Below are positions 19,101 to 31,600 of a stretch of DNA of 64,000 nucleotides, one piece after another. The notes below the pieces were generated by a model that worked only from the letters and a program-made list of their open reading frames with translations, made no database searches and was not told where the DNA came from. Position 1 is the first letter of the stretch. Every line of letters begins with the position of its first letter. The DNA lies in the IMG/VR virus record IMGVR_UViG_3300032285_001268, positions 121,263 through 185,262 of that record. One strand, given 5' to 3'. Source of the stretch: a virus. The position numbers and the translations under genes are program-made.

Positions 19101-19677
19101 TTACCGTCAATGGCTTTCAGGGGCTAACGTAAGTAAGCCACTGCCTCCAAGCTCAGACGAATTGTATAATACATTATCTCCTAATTTAAATGTAATTAAA
19201 TCGATATCAGACGAAATAATTTATCATCCAGTTAGATATAAAATACTATTCGGAGCATCTGCAGATCTTGAAGTGCAGGCAACATTTAATGTAGTTAAAA
19301 ATTCAAGCTCAACTGTATCTGACAGTGACGTTCGTTCTCGAATTATTTCAGCAATGGATCAATTTTTTAGTTTAGATAACTGGAATTTTGGAGATACATT
19401 TTATTTTACAGAACTATCGACTTATATAATGAATCAACTTACACCTGATATTATTAGTTTTGTTATCGTTCCAAAACAATCAGGATTATATTTTGGAAGT
19501 TTATTTGAAATCAAATGCCCAAGTGATCAAATTTTTATCAACGGTGCGACTATTGACAATATAACGATTGTTGCAGGACTAACATCAAGCAATGTTAGAT
19601 CTGTAACAACAACAGGCGGCTTATCAAATCTTACATCACAGAATGTTACAAGTGCAAATTACGGAGCAAATAGCTAA
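16192..19677 (+). CDS. Baseplate wedge protein (T4 gp6-like)
   Basis: YDFDNIRRTMIQYL, FNDYIESSEYLALIDLVAY, RENFLELAERRDSI, FSDGTFG, TQNRMITAEDY. Start placed at ATG 16192 after TAGGA. Confidence 0.88.
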   Translation: MSSTDRQNNLLVTQDWKKIYQSFKNADFTSYDFDNIRRTMIQYLRTNFPEDFNDYIESSEYLALIDLVAYLSQSIAFRVDLNARENFLELAERRDSILRLSRMLGYTAKRNIASSGLLKFNNVSTTETIIDSNGRNLANQTITWNDPSNSNWYDQFIKIINASLPSSQQFGSPIASSTIYGVPTEQYRINALSTGGVPVYSFSKTVAGVTMNFEITSTTFAGKEYIYEEPPKIGNAPAFVYRDDGHGNGSAGTGFFLNFTQGILNQGSFTISQPSANESVDVAVQNINNTDVWLYQLDASNAESTLWTKVSDLSSNNIIYNSISKDIKNIYKVVTRAGDAVTLEFSDGTFGNLPLGDFRVYYRLSNGLSYSINPADIKNVTIVIPYTSIRGSTESLTLSLGLATSVNNAEIAETNATIKTNAPQTYYTQNRMITAEDYNISPLSVTQEVAKIKSINRSSSGISRYFDLTDPTGKYSSTNLFADDGILYQDTYNSSTRFSYNSRVDIEGVIDNTIVQLLSDPNLRNFYYANFINFLASSLSIAWYQKTSDTGSSTGYVGDSSDARPYQVGTYTYTDLKYFTVGSLVKFEAPFTVVNGQKVYSKYFDTKNNNKLVSGTATVSGASVYVWAEVVSVTGDGTNNGTGVLTTGFGPILLNQSIPSGALLSQVIPKLSLVLTSSVKTTMIDLIFANKPFGLRYDGATQTWQIVFESNLNTTLPFSLNKQGDATNAQQDASWFLLFTTDNEFYTVTTRLLRYIFESDQQARFYFDNNNKIYDTTVSTTIRDTINILNINKQPDATSSFNNDLLWDVIAEFNGLDGYVDNKKILISFKDTDNNGVVDNPQLFLDIVAPQTNSTVKYIVQQRYLISVGQEDYKYIDNSSNTVLIKTTQSSVLASEKVNGQYFYFIDSDTVKKYDSVTGSFISSLDYKVYVGRDNLKFQYTHAADYNSRIDPGSTNIIDVYVLTKAYDTNYRQWLSGANVSKPLPPSSDELYNTLSPNLNVIKSISDEIIYHPVRYKILFGASADLEVQATFNVVKNSSSTVSDSDVRSRIISAMDQFFSLDNWNFGDTFYFTELSTYIMNQLTPDIISFVIVPKQSGLYFGSLFEIKCPSDQIFINGATIDNITIVAGLTSSNVRSVTTTGGLSNLTSQNVTSANYGANS

Positions 19678-22600
19678 TGGCTGACAGTACCAACCCTAAT
19701 GCTAATAATTCTATTGGATCAAGTTTAATACCTGCGTTCTATCGCACGGATGCAAATAAAAAGTTTATTCAATCAACTATTGATCAGTTAGTAAATCCTG
19801 GAACTGTTAAAAAAGTAAACGGATTTATCGGTCGACAATATTCAAAAGCAACGACCGGTTCTGATATATTTGTCGAAGCCGCCGATAGTCTACGCCAGCA
19901 CTATCAGCTAGAACCGGGTCTAGTAGTTAAAGACAAATTAGGAAATGTAACATTTTTTAAAGATTATATTGATTATATCAATCAACTAAATGTGTTTGGT
20001 GCAAACACATCTAACCATGCAAAACTTAATCAACAAGAATTCTATTCTTGGGATCCGCATATTGATTGGGATAAATTTTCAAATTTTCAAAATTACTATT
20101 GGTTACCTTATGGCCCTGAAACGATTAAAATTCAAGGTCAAAAGCAAATAGTATCAAGTACCTACAAAGTTGATTTACAAATAGTAGGAGCAGATAGCCA
20201 GTATGTGTTTACCCCCGACGGTCTAACACCGAATCCGTTAGTAAAATTATATAGAGGTCAAACATATACATTTGTAATCAATAGTCCTGGAAATCCATTT
20301 AGCTTGATGATCGAACGAGCAACTGGCACAGGAACAAGATACGTAATCGGCGGTATAGATGCACAAGGAGTTGAACAAGGAACAATAATCTTCCAAGTTC
20401 CTGTAGATGCACCGAGCATTTTATTTTATCAAAGCGAAACAGATATTAATCTAGGTGGTGCCATTGAAATTTTTGACATAACGGATGAAACATATATTGA
20501 TGTTGAATCTGAAATTTTAGGAAAATTGTCTTATACCTTTATTGACGGCACACATTTAAGTAATGGAATGAAGGTGTCTTTTGCAGGTAATGTTACCCCG
20601 GCAAGTTATTCTTCTGGAGAATATTATGTCGAAGGTGTGGGATCTGGAATAAAATTAATCAACAAAGATGTATTAGAAGTTGTTAATTCCTATTCGGTTC
20701 CTGAAACTATTCTGTTCGACTCGGCTAATTTTGATACTGAACCATTTAGCGATTCAAGCGGATTTGCCAAGTCTGCAGATTATATCACAATCAACAGAGC
20801 CAGTCAAGACCACAACCCGTGGACACGGTACAACCGTTGGTTTCACATTGATGTGATCACCGCAAGTTTTAATTACAATAAAATTCCAGTCTCAATCGAT
20901 CAAAATGCTCGAGCAACTAGACCGATTATCGAATTTGAAGCAGGTTTGAAATTATATAATTTTGGAACAACTGCAACTGTTGATGTTGACCTTATTGATA
21001 ATTTTACATATGATGTATTTTCTACCATCGAAGGGTCTACCGGTTATAATATTGACGGCGTCGCCCTAACTCAAAATCAAAAAATATTGTTTACCGGCGA
21101 CCCTGACACGCTTGTCAACGGAAAAATATTTCAAGTTAATTTTCTTAATATTGAGGGATCGATACAGATCCATCTAGTTGAAATTGCTAGTCCAGTGTTT
21201 GGCCAAACCGTTTTAGTAAAGTCTGGTAGTAAGAATTTAGGTTTAATGTACTGGTACAACGGAACAGCTTGGATTAAAACACAGCAAAAAAATAGTGTAA
21301 ATCAGCCACCGCTATTTGATGTAATTGATAATACTGGAACAAGTTTTTCAGATACCACAGCTTACCCTGGAACAACATTTGTTGGAACTCCAATATTTTC
21401 ATACAAGGTCGATTCTACGTCATCAGTCATTGATACTAAACTTGGATTTGCACTAACCTATAAGAATATCAACAATATCGGCGATATCGTTTTCAACTTT
21501 GACTATGCTACAGATGAATTTCAGTACAAGGTAAATCAAGGATTAGTTACAAAGAGTGTTAGTCTTGGATTTTTATCTTCTCGAGATTACAGAGGAAATA
21601 TAGTCTTTAAAAATGGTTGGCAGATTTCTCTAGCAACCAATGTACAAGCAGCCATTCGAGTTTATAAAAATTCTAATCTAACAAATAATTTTAATATTGA
21701 TATTTTTGATAATTTAAACGACCTCAACGACCTTGCAGTAAAAATTTATATCGACGGCGATTTTATCAATCCATCAAACTATAAAATAGTTGACGGTCCT
21801 GTTTATAAAAAAGTTGTTTTAAATTCTAACATTACTTCTTCACAGATTCTTACTATAAAAGCATTTGCTTCACAACCTATTAATTCAAATGGGTTCTATG
21901 AAATACCTTTAAATTTACAAAACAATCCATTGAATGGCGTTGTAACAACATTTACGTTAGGTGAAGTTTCGGCGCATGTAAAATCTATAGTAGAAAACTT
22001 GTCAAACTTTCAGGGAAGTTTTCCTGGTGCAAGTAATTTAAGAGATCTGGGAAATATTACTCCGTATGCTACAAAATTTATACAGCACAGCGGCCCAGCC
22101 AGCCTTAGCATTTATCACGTAGCCAATGAATCTAATAATATTATTAAGGCTATAGAAAAAAGTAGATATGATTATTCTCGATTCAAGAAAGATTTTGTAG
22201 CAAGCATTGAAAAATTAGGAGTAGATGCAGATCCAAAAACACAAGTTGATCTAGTCTTACAAAAATTAAACGCCAACAAATCTAATAAAGATTCCTATTA
22301 CTTCAGCGATATGGTTCCATATGGTGCAAGCATTGATACTAGCCACACCGTTGCTGATTATAGAATAAAATCTTACCCATTGACATCGGTATTTTCTTTA
22401 GATTCTCTATCTAATAAATCAGTACTGGTCTATTTAAATGGAACACAACTGTTAAATGAAATTGACTATGTGTTTAATAATCAAGGATTTGTAACGATCC
22501 AGGATACTGTTACTATGCGTAATGGTGACGTCCTTAAAACAATTGAATACGATAATACCGACGGTAGTATGGTTCCGGAGACGCCTACTAAACTAGGCAT

Positions 22601-25600
22601 ATGGCCAAAATTTCAACCTAAGATGTTTTTAGATCGCACACTGGTAAATCCGGTTGAAGTGATACAGGGACACGACGGTAGTATTATCAAAGCCTATGGC
22701 GACTACAGAGATGCAGTATTATTAGAATTAGAAAAGCGAATTTTTAATAATATTAAAATAAAATATGATACTTCAATTTGGGATATTGCAGATGTAATTC
22801 CTACATTCAAGCGACAGCTACCATATTCACTAGAAAATTTTAATCAAGCACTAGCTCCTAGTTTTTATTCTTGGGCTTCACAATCGGGATTCGATATCGG
22901 CCGTCCAGTTAGTTTTGATAATAATAATAGTTTTACCTACAACTATCGAGGTTACTCTTCTTTAACAGACGGAAATGTTCCGGGATATTGGAGAGGAGTA
23001 TATCGATGGATGTACGATACTGACAGACCAAATATTTGTCCTTGGGAGATGCTAGGATTCTCAATAGAGCCATCTTGGTGGCAAAGCCTGTATGGTCCGG
23101 CACCATATACTAGTGACAATATAGTCATGTGGACTGATATCTCAACTGGCACGGTTCGCACCCCAGGAAGTACTCCTACAGTTAATAGCAAATATATAAA
23201 ACCGTTTTTATTAAATCATCTACCTGTTGACGAATCAGGAAATTTAGTAAGTCCAATATTTTCCGGCGTAGTCCGTGGTCTTATTTCTCAAAAGGTAGCT
23301 ACAAATTTTGTATTCGGCGATGTCGGTCCAGTCGAATCAACATGGAGAAGAAGTAGTCATTATCCGTTTAGTGTATTGTTAGCATCTATACTACTAACTC
23401 CGGCAAAAACATTTGGTTTATTATTTGATAGATCAAGAATCGCCCGAGACATGTCGGGACAACTTGTTTATACTGATACTGGCTTGAGAATATCTCCTGA
23501 CTCATTGTCTTTACCAAGTGTCATTACCAGCGACACACGAGTGTCAACCGCTGGAATTGTCAATTACCTAGTTAACTATATTTCCGGAACTACCTCGGAA
23601 TTTTATAACGAGTACAAATATAATTTACAGCATTTGTCAGCGCAGTTATCATACAGAGTCGGCGCATTTACTGGAAAAGAAAAATTTAATTTACTTTTAA
23701 ATTCTAAGAGTCCATCTAACACCGGAAACATTTTTATACCCCAAGAAGATTATGATATAATATTAAATTCTTCTAGTCCAATTCAGAAATTAACTTATAG
23801 CGGCATCGTTATCAGTAAGTTGACAGACGGATTTGAGGTCAAGGGATATAGTCAAACAAAACCTTATTTTATATCTTATCCTTGGTCAGTATCTGGAAAT
23901 TTAGTTAATGTCGGCGGTATATCTGAAAGTTTTCAAACATGGAATACAAATAGTCAATATCAAAAGGGTGATGTTGTTCTATATGGAAATTCATATTATA
24001 GAGTGCTACAAACAATTAGTAGCGGCCTAGTATTTGAATCACAGAACTATAGTAAGATGGCTTCACTGCCAATCATAGGTGGTGCAAATGCCTATTTCAG
24101 AAAAATGTTCAACAAGAATGTACAAACAACAGTACCTTATGGGACAAAATTTACAACAATACAAGATGTTGTTGATTTTATCTTAGGCTACGGAGAATAT
24201 CTAAAAGATCAAGGATTTATTTTCGACGACTTTAATTCTGGACTTAGTGCAGTAGCCAACTGGGAAACATCAGCTAGAGAGTTTATGTTCTGGTCAATCC
24301 AGAATTGGTCTACCGGACAAGACAAGTGGGCCGATTGGCAACCAAATACATCTTATCCGTTCGGATCGATTTTGAGAATCAATGGAGAGTATTACAAGGC
24401 TATCAGAACTGTTCCTGCTGTAGCATCATTTCCATATGATGATTTTGTTCATTTAGATGGTCTTAGCACAATTGGTAGCTCTGCTATAAGCCTAAGTCCT
24501 AGCGCAAATAAAATATCATTCACTACAAAAAATGCTGTAGTTGATAGTATCACAAACGGATTTAATCAATACGAAATTTATAAAGTCGATGCAACTGCAT
24601 TATCACCTAACTTCATAAATTTCTATAGACAAGACAATTCTGTTAGTTATGGTTCTCGAACATCTGACGGAATTTATGGCGCAAGTTTTTACCTAGTACA
24701 AAAAGAACATGTAGTTATTCTTAATAATACTACTCGATTTAATGATATCATATACTCTCCAGAGACTGGGTATAAACAAGATAAAATTAAAGTGTCTTCG
24801 TATGTTAGTAGCGATTGGACTGGTGGTTTAAATATTCCTGGTTTTATATTTGACGAAGCCGCTGTAGAAAATTGGTTGCCTTACAAAATTTACTATCCTG
24901 GCGATTTAGTTAAACAAGGGCAATATTACTTTCAAGCTAATCCTATGGGATCGTTTGTGCCAGCATCTGCTACATTAGATACAAAGCAATGGCAGCAATT
25001 AAAGACAAAACCGTCTTCTAAACTAATACCAAACTGGACATATAAGGCAGGACAGTTTACAGATTTTTATAATTTAAATAGCGATAATTTCGATGTTGCA
25101 CAACAGCGAGTTGCACAGCATCTCATCGGTTATCAAAAGCGACAATATCTTGAAAACATCATACAAAATGATGTAAGCGAGTTTAAGTTTTATCAAGGTA
25201 TGATACGTGAAAAGGGAACACAAAATGTTCTTAATAAATTATTTGATGTATTAAGCTCTGAAAATAAAGAAAGTCTAAAATTTTATGAAGAATGGGCCTT
25301 GCGTGTTGGACAATACGGAGCCAGCGGCTCTTTTGAAAACATTGAATTTGTTTTAGACGAGGCTTTATTTAAAAACAATCCTCAAGGCTTTGAATTAGTT
25401 AACAGTGTTGATTCGACCAAGTACGATTTTATTATAAGGCAAACTCCGAACGACGTATACGTTAAGCCATTGGGATATACTTCAAAACCTTTCCCTATAG
25501 CAACAAACTATACTCCAATTTTGAGATCTGCAGGATATGTAAGGTCTTCAGACGTGTTTAAAACATTGACCACTATCGATGATATTGTCTATGAAGATAT

Positions 25601-28600
25601 TACACAGTATACTAATGGAAGTTATGTATGGTGTACATTTGAAAAATCAGAATGGAATATCTATCGATTTACAGATGTAAATTTAATAGTAACAGATGTT
25701 ACATATGATGATACTATTAAAACATTAACCATTGTTACACGAGATCTTGTTACACTAACAGCCGGAACATATATTGGTATATCTCAAGTTACAGGATTTC
25801 CTGGATTTTATAAAATAACAAGTGTTAGCCTAAACAATATTATAATCAAAACAGAAGTTCCTGGATTTTTATCTCCGTTTTTACAGCAAGATACTATAAC
25901 AATCTATGCACTACTGACTCAACGTGCATCGTCTGTTGATAACATTGACAGCATTGTTCCTAGAAAATTAAAAGAAAACGAATTGCTGTGGACAGATGAC
26001 GACGGTAGTGGTAAATGGGCGGTATGGAAATATAATTCAGTTTTTGCTAAAAAAGAAATTCCAAATACATCTCCAGCATATTTGTTAAGTTATGGTCGCT
26101 CTATAGCTATTCGCAAGGATGGGTATACTGTTGCAACATCAACAAACGACGGAATAGTAATTACCTACGACAAGTCTAGCGTAGCACAACCTTGGATACA
26201 ACGTCAAACAATTCAGAAACCCTACGTCGAACCTTATAATTTCAATTATACCAAAGATTTTGCCACAGTGATTGCCTTTAGTACAGACGGCAGTTGGTTA
26301 GCGACAGGCTCTCCAAATGTTGGACAAGTATATACAAGATTATCAACACACAATGCCGGGCTATGGGATTCTGCCTACGATGCCTATACAACCGGTACGA
26401 TTGTTTACGTATTAGATTCTTCTCACAACCGTGTGTATTATGAAGCAATTTCAACTCTAGCAGTTCCAGTAAGCACCCCAGTTAACAATATTTTATACTG
26501 GAGAGAAAAATCATATGTGGCTATTGATTATCAAGGACATACATCTGGGATAACACTTCAAGGGGTGGTATCTTTATATCAGCGAGATGCAAATAACAAC
26601 TACATTTTAGTAGATACGATAGTCAGTCCTTACCCAGCCCAAGGAGAATTGTTTGGTTCTTCTTTAGTGTTTGGACAATCTACATTGTTCATCGGAGCTC
26701 CGGGTTATAATGGCGGTGTTGGTAGAGTGTATGAAATTTCTTATCTAACTAAATTACGAGCCACTTCATCTTATAACCCTGTTGGTAGTTCTGGTACAAC
26801 TATAGTGCTGACGTCAACAGCCGGAATTTCTTCAGGCATGATTGCACAAGGCACTGGTCTGACTGATAATCAAACAGTTATTGAAGTACTAGCCGATGGA
26901 AAAACTTTAAAGTTAAGTGGAATACCTAACGCAACTCCTTCGGGGAACATAAATTTTGTCACAGTTGGATGGAGTTATGTTTTATCTAATACTAAAACTG
27001 GTAGAATTTCTTCAAGAAACTTTGGTACTAATGTCTCACTGAGTACAGATGAATCAAAACTAGCTATTTCAAGTACTACATTAACTGTTGATAATTTAAG
27101 TTTAGGAACAGTTGACATTTATAGCGGGTCAATTAATCAGGTCATAACAGGCAACGATAGTTCATTTGGTCAAAGCATATCATTATCATCTGATGGTGCT
27201 TATCTAATAATAACAGATAGCCGTGCAACAGAAACAAAGACTAATCAAGGCGCAGTATACATTTATCGTTATGATCCGACAACTTCAAACTATGGAAGCT
27301 ATGTTGGAACATTATTTGTTGCCGGAACACCTTCGCAGGAATTAATTAACCATCAACCTGAAGTTTCAGGTTACTTTGGAAATACTGTGTCGTTTATGGA
27401 TGACGACAATATTGCAGTGTTTAGTCTAAATGAATCAACAGTTTTACCGATGACATTTGATTCAAAGGCTACAACATTTGATAAAGATTCAACAGCATTT
27501 GTAACAATACATTCCGGTAGCGGTCGCATTGACATTTATACTCGATATGTATCTAACTGGGTATATAGCGAAACTTTAGATTCAGATAATGTTGCAGGAG
27601 ATGGATACGGAACAGGAATTGCAGTTTCTGGAAATCATGTGTTTGTTGGAGCGCCATCGGCTTACGATGTATTAAGTCGAGTTTCACCACAGGCTATTCA
27701 AGTTGGAAATCGATATCAAATTGTATCTCTTGGAACTACTGATTGGAATACAGTTGCAGGTACTACTAGAGTTAGACAAACATATTCAGTAGGAGATACA
27801 TTTATTGCAGTTGCTACTGGAAGCGGAAACGGCATCGTATCTCTTTTAACTAGATCCGGTAAAATTTATAGCTACGATAAAAAACCAAATAGTCAAAGTT
27901 GGAATATAATTCATAGACAAATTGATGTTCCTGACGTTACTAAAATTAAAAAAGCGTTCTTGTATAATAGAAATACAAATCAACTAGTAACATACATCGA
28001 CGTTGTTGATCCGTTACAAGGAAAAATTCCTGGAATAGCCGAAGAAGAAATCAAGTATAAAGCGTTCTATGATCCAGCAATTTATTCTCAAGGTGATTCG
28101 TTAGTTGTTACGGTAGACAGCACAATATCGTGGGGCTCTGAACATGTTGGTCAACTATGGTGGGATTTAAGGACTGCTAAATTTATTAATATTTTTGAAG
28201 ATGATGTTGTTTATCGAAACAGCAATTATAGCACTTTAGCGCATGGTGCAAGCATTGATATCTATGAGTGGGTATCGTCGTCATTGCTACCCGAAGCCTG
28301 GGACGCCCTAGCCGATACTACCCCAGGACTAGCACAGGGCATTAGCGGACAATCGTTGTATGGTAATAGTTCATATTCTATTAGTCAACGATATGATACC
28401 ATAAGTCAGTCATTTAAAAATACATATTATTTCTGGGTTAAGAACAAAACAATAGTACCAAATATCTCTGGAAGAAATATATCTGCTGGAGAAGTATCTT
28501 CAGTGATTGCCAATCCTCGAGGCCAAGGATATAAATTTGTCGGACTAACCAGTAGCAATTCCTTTAGTATTGTAAATGCTAAAAATCTATTAGCGGGAAC

Positions 28601-31600
28601 TGATATTGTACTGTCGTTAGAATATTGGTTGACTGAAAAAACAAATCAAAATGTCCATAGCGAATGGAAGATTATTAGCGAAGATCCAACTACAGAATTA
28701 CCTATTGCTATTGAACAAAAATGGTTTGATAGCCTGTGCGGAAAAGATACAAACGGAAGACAAGTTCCCGATGTATCTCTACCAGTTAAACTACGCTATG
28801 GCATTGAGAATCGTCCAAGACAGGGAATGTTTGTTAATAGATTCGAAGCATTAAAGCAAGTAATCGAACAGGCTAACTTGTTGTTGATTAACCGTCAAAT
28901 AGTTAACAGTAGAGACATTACAGATTTAGAATCGTTTGACCCTATTCCATCGACAGTAACAGGATCCTACGATCTGACTAAAGATACCGATGCTGAATTA
29001 ATATTTGCCAATACTGGAGCATTTAAACGTCCGTCACTATCGCCTCAAATAGTAAACGGAAGAATAGTTGGAGTTACAATAAATCAAGGCGGTCAGGGAT
29101 ATCTAGTTGCACCATTCATTGAATTTATTGGAACGGGTGAGGGTGCGTCTGCTAGAGCTACCCTTAGTTCAACTGGTAAGATTATCGGAGTTACTATCTT
29201 ATCTCAAGGTATTGGATACACCGACTCGACAACGTGTTCGATTCGAGACTATTCTGTTTTAGTACTTTCTGATTCACAGGCCGACGGCAGCTGGAGTATA
29301 TATTCATACGATCCGGACTACGATGTTTGGTCAAGAACTAAATCTAAAACGTATGATGTGACCAAGTATTGGTCAAAGGTAGATTGGTTTGATACCGGTT
29401 ATAATCAGTTTATTGCGCCGGACTATTTAATTAACACATTTGCAGAACTTAACAGCATCGATCCATCGATCGGTCAATTGGTCAAAGTTAAGTATGCCGG
29501 AAACGGATGGGAAGTACTATACCGATATGCAATAGTTGATTCAAACGACTGGACAACAAATTATCAAGTCGTTGCACAAGAAAATGGAACGATACAATTT
29601 AATTCTTCTTTGTATAATTTTTCTAACACAGGAATCGGTTATGATGCCAGCACATACGACGGAGTAACTTTCGATACTGTTGCAAGTTTAGAATTAAGAA
29701 TTATTTTAACAGCGTTTAGAAATAAGATTTTTATAGGAGAATTAAAATCATCGTATTTAAATCTATTCTTTACTTCCATTCGATATGTTTTATCTGAGCA
29801 AAATTATGTTGATTGGATTTTTAAATCTAGCTTTGTTAAAGCACAACACAATGTTGGGCAATTAAATCAGCCTGTAAATTATCTTCCAGATAATCTGAGT
29901 AATTTCCAAGACTATGTGAATGAGGTAAAACCATACAGGACTGTTGTGCGAGAATATGTAAGTTCTTATGATGCTGTAGATAATACACAAACAGCAATTA
30001 GTGATTTTGATTTACCGCCAGCATACGAACAAGGATCTAATCGCTCAGTGTTGCCGTATATTGTCAACGATGCTATCGTTGCTGATGATACAAACATTAA
30101 CGTTGTACCTTGGAAAAATTGGTTAGATAATATCGGATTCGAAGTATTAGAGTTACAACTAGTGTCAGGCGGTAGCGGATATATCACACAGCCGGCAGTT
30201 AAAATTATTAGTTCTAGCGGTACTGGAGCATCCGGAATAGCATTTGTTACCAACGGATCTGTTAGTCGAGTTATACTACTTACTTCAGGTAGTGGGTACC
30301 TAAGTGCGCCAACTGTTATCATCGATGGCGGCCTACAAGACGGCGGCACTCCGGCGAGAGCGGTGGCATATATCGGAAATGCAGTTGTGCGAACAAACTT
30401 AATTAATATTAAATTTGATCGTCTAAACTATTCTTATACCGTGGCTGATTTAGCAAAAACAGAAACATTAGCAGGCGACGGTGTCCATGTACAATTTAAT
30501 TTAATCTGGGCTCCAGATGTTCGTGTTGGCAACACAACGGTTACTATTAATGATGTTATAATTCTTCGTGATTTTTATAAATTATCGTTTAAGAAATCAA
30601 CAGCGAAAGGATATACCACATACAGCGGTTTATTAACCTTTAATCTTCCTTCAGGATTACCGCCAGCTAAAGGTGATAAAATTGTTATCACGTATCTAAA
30701 AGACTGGAATATGCTGTCGGCTGCTGACAGAATACAGTTTTACTACAATCCAGAAGTTGGAGATATTGGTAAAGATATTAAACAACTGATGACAGGCATC
30801 GACTACGGTGGCGTCAACGTTAACTCATTCAATTTTGATGTTAGCTCTGGTTGGGGAACACTTCCTTACTACTCTGATAAGTGGGATACGTTCAGCGGCC
30901 AGTTTAACGATTACGTTATAACTGTACCGGCCAACACACATACTTTTAATTTACAGTATGCTCCGCCAGCTGGAACATTGTTAAATGTTTACTATACTGC
31001 CGCCATAGTTGATACTCACAATTCAGACGGTTCTCAAACAGTATTTACTTACAGTTTTAGTAAAGTATATTCGGACGTAACACCTACAATCACAGTTGCT
31101 ATTTCACATACAACAGCTACTCCAACAACAACCACTAACCATAGCGGTCAATATTATTTAAAATTAACATCTGTATCGGGGATAAAAGTTGGAGACGTTG
31201 TTACATCTGTATCTAGTTATACAGATGCATTTGCATATAATGTTAAGGTAAAAGAAATTAATGTATCGACTAATATAGTATTATTAGATCAAATTTTATA
31301 TCTAACTATACCAGTTAGCACAGCAATAACATTTACTAGGACCTTGGCAATACCTACCGATGCGTATGTCTACGGTGACGGTAAATTCTCATTAACTGAA
31401 CCAGCTCCGGCAGGATCTGTTATTACAATTATTGGCCGTTCTGGCACAATTCGTTTAGACGATCCGGATTATGGAACACAGGGACAAGTAAACCAAGATG
31501 CTATTTTTAATACACCAGTAGCAGACGGTACTTCTGCAGTATTTGTTATTCCTCCTGATTTTACTGTTAATGATGGAGATACGTTTACTTGGAGAAGTTC